NCBI GenBank assembly: GCA_963675245.1
Contig: OY775910.1
Coordinates: forward strand, 768,001 to 832,000
Origin: Acholeplasmataceae bacterium
GTDB lineage: Bacteria > Bacillota_I > Bacilli_A > Acholeplasmatales > Acholeplasmataceae
Direction: 5' to 3'
DNA: 64,000 nucleotides
Notes under the pieces: model-generated
What the model was told of the DNA's origin: nothing
Databases searched by the model: none
Seen by the model: only the letters and a program-made list of their open reading frames with translations
Translations under genes and position numbers: made by a program
Shown here: positions 10,017-18,593 of the stretch, one piece after another
How the letters are laid out: every line of letters starts with the position of its first letter
How positions within the stretch are numbered: the stretch's first letter is position 1

Positions 10017-10325
10017 ATGAACAAATATGTTAAGGGTTTAACATTTGAAAACATTATTGGTAAGTTAATTTTGGTTGGTATTACATACGAAAACAAAAAC
10101 GGTGATGTGTTGAGTTATAGACAATTTCATGGACGAGTTATACAAGCAGATTCAATTAAAGGTATAACAATTAAAAACGAAAGTAATCAAACATATAATT
10201 TACCACCAGATTTAAATTATTTTATAGTTGCTAAACCAGGTGAATATCGAGAAAAAGAATCGGGGATAGTCATTAGTGATCCAGATTATATCACCCAATG
10301 GATTTCAACACAATCAGACACATAA
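10017..10325 (+). CDS. Cassette 10: hypothetical protein
   Basis: 102 aa, GGAGGG RBS, TGTTATAAT; LPPDL...PGEYR...DPDY motifs. Confidence 0.82.
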   Translation: MNKYVKGLTFENIIGKLILVGITYENKNGDVLSYRQFHGRVIQADSIKGITIKNESNQTYNLPPDLNYFIVAKPGEYREKESGIVISDPDYITQWISTQSDT

Positions 10326-10365
10326 TTATTACTCATTGTATTATAATAACTTTATGAATAGAGTT

Positions 10366-10455
10366 TGAAACGACTGAAAATCCTTGTGTCGGCAGTTCAA
10401 TTCTGCCCGGAACCACCATGGAGAACTTAAATAAGCCATTTCGATGGCTTTTTTT
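10366..10455 (+). repeat. R10: full repeat
   Basis: TGAAACGACTGAAAATCCTTGTGTCGGCAGTTCAATTCTGCCCGGAACCACCATGGAGAAC plus hairpin. Confidence 0.97.
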
Positions 10456-10709
10456 ATGACTGATTAGGGATGATTCTTGTCATGACTCACACTTGTTATC
10501 ATGAATAGATTAGTGCTATAATAATAGTTAATTGGTAATCGATAACTTAAACATATTTATCACAAGCAAAAGTGAATCATAATAATAAGAGTTATTGTTT
10601 CATTTCAACTCAATATAGACACGCATGTATAACTTCAGGGGACAGCATGGACATGGTGTTTTTTATTTAAGGATTTCATCCATATATGATAAGAACGGAA
10701 GGAGAACAT

Positions 10710-13700
10710 ATGAAAGGATCAAAACTATTCAATAGGGGGTTTTCTCTAAAACTACTCATGTTTTTAACGATGTGTTGTTTGATGTTACTTGTATCACCAA
10801 TTATTATTGTTGCTACTAAAAGTACACTAGTCACATCTTTTACCAGCAATTATAATGACCAAAATGAAGTCTATCAAGCGGCTAATGCATTTAACGAAGC
10901 GCTTGTTGAAGAAGGAATTGTGCTTCTAAAAAACGAGAATCAAGCATTACCGTTAGCTGCTGGATCTAAAGTTAATGTTCTGGGTAAGAATTCTCATGAT
11001 ATCGATCTTGGAAACACAACCATAGGTTCAATAAATTATGATGAAGCATTCATATCACCAATGACGTTATATGAGAGTCTGGAAGCAGTTGGTTATATAC
11101 TTAATCCTGACCTAATATCTTTCTACGAAAATGATAATTTATCAGGTACTGGTAGACATGTGTCAAATCTTGGCATATGGCCAGTACCAATCTCAATTGG
11201 TGAAACACCTCAAGAAAACTACTCACAAAGCCTATTAAGTACTTATGCTGATTATTCGGATGCATCTATTGTTGTATTCACCAGAATAGGTGGTATAGGG
11301 TTTGATTTGCCAACCACCATGACAGATGCTTTGGGTGATCCAGATGTCGGATCAGAAGAAGGAGACCATTACCTTGAGTTAAATTTGAATGAAGAGGCGT
11401 TATTATTATCACTCGAAAGTGATCCTAGCGTTAGTAAGGTCATTGTGATCATCAATGCTAGTCAACCGATGGAACTTGGCTTTTTAAACGATTCTGAGAC
11501 GTATTCTAAAATTAAAGCTGCGCTTTGGGTTGGAGGACCAGGAGTATCTGGTGTATCTGCCATTGGTCGTGTATTGGTTGGTGATATTAATCCATCAGGA
11601 CATCTTGTAGATACGTATATAACAGATTTTAAAACCGATCCAACATGGTTTAATTTAGTGAATCGTGAAAATAAAAACAGATATGGCATGATGATTGATG
11701 ATATGTTCACAGAAACGAATGTCAGTTTTGTCGATTATGAAGAGGGAATTTATGGTGGTTATCGTTATTGGGAAACTGCGGGTTTTGACGCCAATGACAA
11801 CTGGAGTTGGTATGACAATCATGTTGTCTATCCATTTGGTTATGGATTGAGTTATTCGACATTTAATTGGGAACTTGTTGGTTCACCTATTTTTCCAGAA
11901 ACACTCACAGTTGATTCAAGCATTTCAATAACCATTAGGGTTACGAATACTAGCAGTGTACCGGGCAAGGACGTTGTTCAACTATACTATACACCACCTT
12001 ATTATGATGGTGGTATTGAAAAATCATATATCAGGTTGGCTGATTTTGAAAAAACACCGTTGTTAAATCCTTCAGAATCAGCAGATATTACATTGACAGT
12101 TTCATTAAAGGATCTCGCATCATATGATTATCAGGATGCGAACAACGATGGATTTATAGGGTATGAACTTGAGGCGGGTAGTTATATCTTTAATGTCTTA
12201 CAAAATGCGAATATCCGTTCAACAAATGGTGTTTCAGATATGACCTTAGTCGTACCAGTGGCACCAGGAAATGGTGCAACTTCAGGACAGACTGGACTTC
12301 ATTTTGCCTATGATGAAGTCACGGGACACGAGATTGAAAATCTATTTAATGATGTATCACAAAAAGCGCTTAATGGACAGTTGGATAATCTTAACACACA
12401 AGCAGTTAAGGATAGCGGCGGTGTGATGCATGTGATGAGTCGTGCTACGGCTAAAGGAGGGCTATCTGGAACCATACCAATAGAATACCCAAGTGATGCT
12501 GATCGAACTATCACACAAACGTTTATTGATAACGGAAATATACCAGTAGATACCACATCACGTAATGTCGCAGATATCACACAACCATGGTATCAGACAA
12601 CATATCCAATTCAAGCTGAAAGTGAAACGGGCACTGTATCCGTTTTACTAAAAGATTTGATTGGTTTAGATTATAATGATCCACTATGGGAAACATTTAT
12701 GAATCAAATGACCTATCAAGAAATGGCGACATTAATTGGTGATGGTACATTCCATACGATACCGATATCAAGGTTAGGTAAGCCATGGTCCATTGAACTT
12801 AGTGGGACAACTGGCTTGATTCCAAGACAAGAGACGACGACGTTAGAATCTATGAATGAGGCAATTGCATGTGTTTATGCAACACAACCCGTTGTAGCGG
12901 CTACTTGGAATAAATCGTTGGTTTATGATTTCGGTGAAATGGTTGGTGAAGAATCTATTTGGGGTAATACTGAATTTGCTTATTCGGGTATTTATGCTCC
13001 AGGATTAAATATCCATCGATCACCATTTTCAGGACGCAACTTTGAATATTATAGTGAAGACGCTGTTCTATCAGCTAAGATTGCTAAAGCATTTTCGTCT
13101 GGTGCTTACTCAAAAGGACTTAGTACAATTATGAATCATCTTGTCTTAAATGAGCAAGAAACAAATCGAGAAGGACTCACTTCATGGGTGGATGAACAAA
13201 CATTGCGTGAAATATATTTATACCCATTTGAAAAAGTAATAAAAAATGGACAAACACATGGCGCGATGGTTTCTTATAGTAAGATTGGTAATACATGGAC
13301 CAGTACGAGTTATGCATTACTCACAGAACTTTTGAAAGATGAATGGGGATATGAAGGCATGATCATGACGGATTGGGTGACATATTCATCCAAAATGGAA
13401 TGGATGATTCGTGCAGGTGTTGATCTATTATTAACCGGAAATGAACCGGCGGTTTTAAATTATGAAGGTGAGGATTTAACGGCCACTCAAGCATGGGCAT
13501 TACGTAATGCATCAAAAGATGTTTTGTTCTATGTTGCAAATAGTAATGCTATGATTCCGAGATTATACTATGAAGGTGAATCATCTGAAGTCGAAGATTT
13601 CACAAGAGGAGTAGCGTATACACTTGATGTTTCTGGTGTACAGACAAATTATGAATTAGACACACCATTAAGTGTGACCTATACTGCTGAAGGATTACCT

Positions 13701-15095
13701 AATGAACTACTAATGGATCCTTCGACTGGTATTCTTACTGGCACACTGCCTGTAGCCAATCCTAGCCAGTGGTGGAATACGCCACCAACTTCTTATACAT
13801 TTACAGTAACGGTAACAGTCCCCGAAGGTACAACAATCAATACGTCCATATCAAAGGAATTTACGATTCATCAAGCGAGTATGCAAGAAATATATCTTCT
13901 TGATACAGCTACAGTAGGTGAAACTTATTATTCAGATGCTATTAGAGTTTCATCAAGTATTCCCGTTGATGCTACTGATATTATGTTCGAAATAGATCCC
14001 GGATTAGCGCTTTATAATTTGGTTGTCAGAGAACCATCTCAACCATTACCAGATGGTTTGGTTATGAATCCGGATGGTACGATTACCGGCATACCAACAA
14101 CACCAAGTGAACCGGTCGATATTACGGTTCAAGTGACTGCACCTGGATTTGTTACCACATATATTACAAGAACCATATCTGTGCGACCTGCAGATCCAAA
14201 AATCGTAATGAATAATGTGATATTACCTAAAGCTGAAGTCAATCAAACATATCAAGCAATTTTTGTAGCAACCGGTAGCGATGAGATTACTTTCACATCA
14301 GATGAAATACCTATAGGTTTAGCTCTAAATCCAAACGGCACACTTTCTGGCACCCCTGAAGAAGTAGGAACACACATGTTTCATGTAACAGCATCTGCAA
14401 TCGATATGGTTCCAGTTTCCGCTGTTGTCGTTCTTGTTGTCTACGACACCATCGAAATTTCTAGTTTAACATTCCAAGATAAGTTACTAGAATCTGGACA
14501 AGTTGGTATATCATATAACGCTTTATTATCTGCTAGTGGTGCTGACGATATTGTCTTTACATCACATGATTTGCCACCTGGAATCACATTAAATGATAAC
14601 GGAACTCTAACAGGAATTCCAACAGAGGCTGGTGTGTATTTATTTCACGTAACAGCAACCGCGTCAGGTATGCCATCGAGTGAGGCTATCATGTGCCTTA
14701 GCATTACTGAAACAGAGATCATTTTACCTGTAATTACATTAAACCACATTGAATTAGACGCTGGTGAAGTTGGGTCAGCATATAGTGCAACAATTACAGC
14801 AAGTGGTGCAACAAATATCATATTCTCTACAGAAGATCAGTTACCAACAGGGTTGACTTTATCAACAGATGGCATACTTTCAGGTACACCAACCGATGCA
14901 GGCACATATATATTTAAAGTGACAGCATCAGCTGATGGAACAACAGAAGCTACTGCATTTATTGCCATTCAAATCAATCCAATCGTAGCATCATCAACGG
15001 GTTGTGGGTCAACAATAAATATGTCGGCTGCAATCGTGTCTTTTATGTTAATTATGATAGCTTGTGCCTACTTAGTAAGTAGGAAAACATACTAA
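10710..15095 (+). CDS. Cassette 11: membrane-anchored GH3 glycoside hydrolase (C-domain first) with repeated Ig-like domains
   Basis: GIVLLKNE, YPFGYGLSY, GKDVVQLY, GRNFEYYSED, IMTDW; LPxGLxLxxxGxLSGTP repeats; N- and C-terminal hydrophobic segments. Confidence 0.9.
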   Translation: MKGSKLFNRGFSLKLLMFLTMCCLMLLVSPIIIVATKSTLVTSFTSNYNDQNEVYQAANAFNEALVEEGIVLLKNENQALPLAAGSKVNVLGKNSHDIDLGNTTIGSINYDEAFISPMTLYESLEAVGYILNPDLISFYENDNLSGTGRHVSNLGIWPVPISIGETPQENYSQSLLSTYADYSDASIVVFTRIGGIGFDLPTTMTDALGDPDVGSEEGDHYLELNLNEEALLLSLESDPSVSKVIVIINASQPMELGFLNDSETYSKIKAALWVGGPGVSGVSAIGRVLVGDINPSGHLVDTYITDFKTDPTWFNLVNRENKNRYGMMIDDMFTETNVSFVDYEEGIYGGYRYWETAGFDANDNWSWYDNHVVYPFGYGLSYSTFNWELVGSPIFPETLTVDSSISITIRVTNTSSVPGKDVVQLYYTPPYYDGGIEKSYIRLADFEKTPLLNPSESADITLTVSLKDLASYDYQDANNDGFIGYELEAGSYIFNVLQNANIRSTNGVSDMTLVVPVAPGNGATSGQTGLHFAYDEVTGHEIENLFNDVSQKALNGQLDNLNTQAVKDSGGVMHVMSRATAKGGLSGTIPIEYPSDADRTITQTFIDNGNIPVDTTSRNVADITQPWYQTTYPIQAESETGTVSVLLKDLIGLDYNDPLWETFMNQMTYQEMATLIGDGTFHTIPISRLGKPWSIELSGTTGLIPRQETTTLESMNEAIACVYATQPVVAATWNKSLVYDFGEMVGEESIWGNTEFAYSGIYAPGLNIHRSPFSGRNFEYYSEDAVLSAKIAKAFSSGAYSKGLSTIMNHLVLNEQETNREGLTSWVDEQTLREIYLYPFEKVIKNGQTHGAMVSYSKIGNTWTSTSYALLTELLKDEWGYEGMIMTDWVTYSSKMEWMIRAGVDLLLTGNEPAVLNYEGEDLTATQAWALRNASKDVLFYVANSNAMIPRLYYEGESSEVEDFTRGVAYTLDVSGVQTNYELDTPLSVTYTAEGLPNELLMDPSTGILTGTLPVANPSQWWNTPPTSYTFTVTVTVPEGTTINTSISKEFTIHQASMQEIYLLDTATVGETYYSDAIRVSSSIPVDATDIMFEIDPGLALYNLVVREPSQPLPDGLVMNPDGTITGIPTTPSEPVDITVQVTAPGFVTTYITRTISVRPADPKIVMNNVILPKAEVNQTYQAIFVATGSDEITFTSDEIPIGLALNPNGTLSGTPEEVGTHMFHVTASAIDMVPVSAVVVLVVYDTIEISSLTFQDKLLESGQVGISYNALLSASGADDIVFTSHDLPPGITLNDNGTLTGIPTEAGVYLFHVTATASGMPSSEAIMCLSITETEIILPVITLNHIELDAGEVGSAYSATITASGATNIIFSTEDQLPTGLTLSTDGILSGTPTDAGTYIFKVTASADGTTEATAFIAIQINPIVASSTGCGSTINMSAAIVSFMLIMIACAYLVSRKTY

Positions 15096-15202
15096 AATCA
15101 TAAAAAAGAAGACTACATGGAAGTTGATTTGTCATAAAAGATAGTGCTATCAATTTTCTTATAGATAGTTTAATCTTTACCAGATACATCTAGGTAGAGA
15201 AA

Positions 15203-15285
15203 AAAATCCTTGTGTCGGCTGTTCAATTTCGCCTAGAGCCACCACGGAAATCTTGAATAAGCCATTTGAAATGGCTTTTTCTTTT
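15203..15285 (+). repeat. R11: diverged repeat lacking the left arm
   Basis: AAAATCCTTGTGTCGGCTGTTCAATTTCGCCTAGAGCCACCACGGAAATCTTGAATAAGCCAT...ATGGCTTTTTCTTTT. Confidence 0.93.
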
Positions 15286-15325
15286 GTGTGTTATACTCAA
15301 ACTATAACCAATAAAGGGTGATTAT

Positions 15326-15877
15326 ATGTCTTTATATAATAAACATTATCAAAAACAAAATTATTTTGGTGAACCATATCCTGAGTTACTCGAATATTTT
15401 AATAAACTTGATAGAGAATTAACTGTGTTGGATTTAGGATGTGGTCAAGGTCGAGATGTTTTAGGTATTGGAAAAATGGGGTTTAGTGTTGTCGGTATTG
15501 ATCTATCAGAAGTAGGGATTAATCAACTTAATCAGTATGCTAAAAATGAAAATCTAAATGTCAAAGGAATTGTTTGTGATTTGGACAGATTTGATCAAGT
15601 GAGTGAGTTTGATATTGTGTTATTAGATTCCATGTTTCACTTTTATAAAAATGACATTGATATTGAAACGGCAAGATTGCATCGAATATTGAATAGCATA
15701 AAACCAAATGGTATTGTTATAATTGTTTTACAAGAAAATAAGTTTAGAATTAATTACTTAAAAAGTATCATATTAAGTGATTTATATCATTTTGTTATTG
15801 ATGTAGAAGAGCATCTGATTTACAAAGAAGTAAATAGTAAGTTTTATATGATTTCTGTTCAAAAAATCAACTATTAG
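15326..15877 (+). CDS. Cassette 12: class I SAM-dependent methyltransferase (TehB-like)
   Basis: VLDLGCGQGRD, VVGIDLS motifs. Confidence 0.88.
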   Translation: MSLYNKHYQKQNYFGEPYPELLEYFNKLDRELTVLDLGCGQGRDVLGIGKMGFSVVGIDLSEVGINQLNQYAKNENLNVKGIVCDLDRFDQVSEFDIVLLDSMFHFYKNDIDIETARLHRILNSIKPNGIVIIVLQENKFRINYLKSIILSDLYHFVIDVEEHLIYKEVNSKFYMISVQKINY

Positions 15878-15914
15878 TATAAAATTACTAAATTTTCATG
15901 TGTTCGAAATTCAA
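15877..15914 (+). repeat. R12: highly decayed repeat relic
   Basis: 26/38 ungapped identity to the consensus left part, directly at a stop codon; TTAAAAAAGCCAT follows at ~15941. Confidence 0.55.
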
Positions 15915-15991
15915 GAATATAAAGCTTCAGTGTAGAAGCTTTAAAAAAGCCATGCTATAATAAATTTACTTAGTTATTATAAGGAGAATAT

Positions 15992-16285
15992 ATGAAAAAA
16001 GCTGTCTTGATATTAACGATTATCGATTGGCTGATCTTAGGGTTTTTACTTTATTTTGCTGGTTCAATCATTGTAACTGTTGCTAATAACAATGATGGTT
16101 GGGCAACACTTGCTTTAGCCGTTGTATCCTTATATTCATTTTTTGGTATGATTATCTTATGTATCCCAATGGTTATACTTGTGAAGAAATTGACTTTAAA
16201 AGAAACGAAAATATATTTCTATTCAACACTAGGTAATGTATTATTAACGGTAATCATGTTCTCGATCGCTTTGCTATTTTCATAA
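15992..16285 (+). CDS. Small 3-TM membrane protein
   Basis: Hydrophobic ORF, AAGGAG RBS, TGCTATAAT. Confidence 0.8.
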   Translation: MKKAVLILTIIDWLILGFLLYFAGSIIVTVANNNDGWATLALAVVSLYSFFGMIILCIPMVILVKKLTLKETKIYFYSTLGNVLLTVIMFSIALLFS

Positions 16286-16314
16286 ACACGATATTTAAAA
16301 TGATTCATACATCA

Positions 16315-16341
16315 CTTAAAAAAGCCACTCATGTGGCTTTT
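16315..16341 (+). terminator. Terminator related to the array repeat (R13 relic)
   Basis: CTTAAAAAAGCCAC-tcat-GTGGCTTTT versus CTTAAATAAGCCAT-N5-GTGGCTTTT. Confidence 0.65.
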
Positions 16342-16474
16342 AGTCTGTAATTTTTGAATAAAACTATAAATTAAAGTGGTGTTATAATCTATTCTTTTTT
16401 AAAATGAAAATGTAAAGATGTCGTAGTATAATGAGAGTATCTAGTGGTCGCGATGATAAAAGGAGAATATAATT

Positions 16475-16915
16475 ATGAGTCAAGGTATAAAACATTTTCG
16501 AAAATTTGATTTTTCAGGGATTAAATTTATTTGTTTTCTAGCAATTGAATTAATCATTATTGTGGGTGGCACGATTTATTTGACAATTATTTCTGAAAAT
16601 ATGACACTTGCCTTAATTGTACTTGTGTTTTCTTTTCTGATTGCAATTGTTATAACAATGTTGGGGTTGTTTTTAACCACGATAACAAGGATTAATCTGT
16701 CATATATAGTGATTCATATTGCTCTAGCATACCCGGTCATCCGTGCATGGCTGGATATGATACAAGAAGAAGACTGGTTGCAAGTACTTGTTGATTTTTT
16801 GGTGCTATCACCCATGTTAGGTGGCTTGCTGCTGAGTTTACCATTGATACTAGTTTTTAGAAAAAAAACTGCAGCAAAACAAACAGTTAGTAAAATTGAA
16901 GAAATAGACAATTAA
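16475..16915 (+). CDS. Hypothetical membrane protein
   Basis: About 4 hydrophobic segments, AAGGAG RBS. Confidence 0.8.
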   Translation: MSQGIKHFRKFDFSGIKFICFLAIELIIIVGGTIYLTIISENMTLALIVLVFSFLIAIVITMLGLFLTTITRINLSYIVIHIALAYPVIRAWLDMIQEEDWLQVLVDFLVLSPMLGGLLLSLPLILVFRKKTAAKQTVSKIEEIDN

Positions 16916-16937
16916 GCCACGCTTTGTGGCTTTTTTT
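16913..16937 (+). terminator. Terminator, possibly a repeat relic (R14)
   Basis: TAAGCCAC-gcttt-GTGGCTTTTTTT. Confidence 0.6.
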
Positions 16938-17039
16938 GAATCATAAGATGTGATTTTTGCAATTAATCTTTTAAATATGGCATTTATTAGACATTTTTGA
17001 TATCCTTAATTTAGACACAAACGTCCATGGAGGGGTCAT

Positions 17040-17390
17040 ATGTTTCAAGTTATTGTGGATGTATTATCAAGCGATTTAATATATAACATTTTAGAGGCGT
17101 TGTTGATATTTAATGTCATTTTAGTTTATGTTACGTACATCGATATGCAAATCAATGACCGTATTTTTATTATTAAACTCATCTTTAAAAAACGACAATT
17201 TGATTGGAAAAAAATGAATCAAAAATTTAATATATTACTCATTCTAATGATTGTAACAACCTTTTTTATACCGTTTTTATTGATGATATTTTATGATATA
17301 AGAGCGCTAATGTCTGTCGTTGTAATCGGGTATTTCGCGAGTATAATCTTATATAGTCTATATATTGTAAAATCATCAACTGTATTATAA
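17040..17390 (+). CDS. Hypothetical membrane protein
   Basis: Hydrophobic ORF, GGAGGGG RBS. Confidence 0.75.
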   Translation: MFQVIVDVLSSDLIYNILEALLIFNVILVYVTYIDMQINDRIFIIKLIFKKRQFDWKKMNQKFNILLILMIVTTFFIPFLLMIFYDIRALMSVVVIGYFASIILYSLYIVKSSTVL

Positions 17391-17405
17391 GAAGAGGAGA
17401 TTATT

Positions 17406-17789
17406 ATGCCACATCTAATATATATTATGGGTGCCTATTTGTTTTATATAATATCGATTATGGTTCATGTGTTAGTCATTAATAAAAAAATTGATTACAC
17501 ACAAATCAATGGTGGAAGAAGCGAATCTTTTGAAGCACAATATAAAATATCGATTGTTAGCATCGTTATTTTAGTAATCGGTTTTGTTATCATTATCGTA
17601 TATAATGTTTACCCACCAATCACGAAGACATACTTTAGTGTCATTTTAATGGGGTTGATGTCGTTATATTGGTTATTAGGTTTTGTGATGCAATTATTAG
17701 GTACTTCATTTGAAAGAACATATTTAACACCGGTTCTATTGCTAGGATTTGTGTCGCATGTGATGTTATTGATTGAGTACTTTATGTAA
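17406..17789 (+). CDS. Hypothetical 4-TM membrane protein
   Basis: Hydrophobic ORF with INGGR and GTSFER motifs. Confidence 0.8.
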   Translation: MPHLIYIMGAYLFYIISIMVHVLVINKKIDYTQINGGRSESFEAQYKISIVSIVILVIGFVIIIVYNVYPPITKTYFSVILMGLMSLYWLLGFVMQLLGTSFERTYLTPVLLLGFVSHVMLLIEYFM

Positions 17790-17801
17790 GGAGTGATTGA
17801 C

Positions 17802-18581
17802 ATGGATGTTAAGTATTGTTTGATTACTGGTGCAGCAGGAGGATTCGGAAAAGCATATACACATACGCTAATTGAACGGGGATACACGCTCATCTTAACG
17901 GATTTCAATGCTGATCATTTGAATGCCTTAAAAGAGGAATGTCAAAGGCGTTATGGAAAAGAGGTTACAACCTTTATTTCAGATATTAGACAAGATGGTG
18001 GTATGCAAAACATATGGCATTATTTAATGCTAAATGATATTAAACTATCGCTTGTCGTGAATACCGTAGGTTTGGAAATTGAAGGGTTATTCAGCGATTT
18101 AAAACCTGAACATATGTCAAACATCGTTAAGACGAATGTTGTTGGTTTTACGAATGTCATTGCATATAGTTTATTATATAAAGCTGAAAAGATGGAGATC
18201 ATTAATTTTGGCTCAATGGCGGGATTTTATGCAATGCCATTTAAAGCCGTATATGCAGCATCAAAGGCCTATATCATTAGTCTGTCAAGAGCACTTCATT
18301 TGGAATTAAAAACAGATGGTGTATCGATATTAGTTGTATGTCCTGCAGGTGTACCAACTAGACAAGAAGTCATTGATCGTATTAAACGACAAGGTGTTTA
18401 TGGTAAGTTGACAACATCTAAGGTGGATGAAGTAGTTAACAAATCCATTATGTTGGTTCGAAAGGGAAAAGCGGTATATGTTCCAAAATGTTTCAATCGG
18501 TTCTTAGTATTTATCACAAAATTATTACCTAGTCTATTGGCAAGTAAGTTAATTGCTAAAAGATGGACGCCAAAAGATTAA
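17802..18581 (+). CDS. SDR family oxidoreductase
   Basis: ITGAAGGFG and YAASK motifs. Confidence 0.92.
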   Translation: MDVKYCLITGAAGGFGKAYTHTLIERGYTLILTDFNADHLNALKEECQRRYGKEVTTFISDIRQDGGMQNIWHYLMLNDIKLSLVVNTVGLEIEGLFSDLKPEHMSNIVKTNVVGFTNVIAYSLLYKAEKMEIINFGSMAGFYAMPFKAVYAASKAYIISLSRALHLELKTDGVSILVVCPAGVPTRQEVIDRIKRQGVYGKLTTSKVDEVVNKSIMLVRKGKAVYVPKCFNRFLVFITKLLPSLLASKLIAKRWTPKD

Positions 18582-18593
18582 AAAACGGGGGTT

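Larger units (their letters stand above)
4687..16937 (+). mobile_element. tRNA-Phe-anchored tandem gene-cassette array (integron-like, no integrase in window)
   Basis: Repeated tRNA-Phe 3' half plus terminator between consecutive unrelated co-oriented ORFs; the distal limit is approximate because the copies decay. Confidence 0.8.

Noticed and set aside
5445..10455. CRISPR array interpretation of the repeats
   Set aside because: Repeats are ~90 bp and tRNA-derived, the intervals are whole genes of 300-4700 bp, and no cas genes are present.
4687..10455. Assembly artefact from collapsed or duplicated tRNA reads
   Set aside because: Each copy has its own substitutions or deletions and a shared non-tRNA arm; long reads would still be the definitive check.
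5540..10500. Tandem TTGTY motifs between terminator and promoter as integrase arm sites
   Set aside because: Spacing is inconsistent (22, 14, 22, 16 bp) and the second copy is explained as the -35 box; too weak in AT-rich DNA.
5451..15245. Additional functional tRNA-Phe genes
   Set aside because: All copies lack the 5' acceptor strand and D-arm, so they cannot form a cloverleaf.
4865..15877. Classical integron (intI/attC) or prophage
   Set aside because: No IntI, no RYYYAAC...GTTRRRY attC hairpins recognised, and no phage structural or replication genes.
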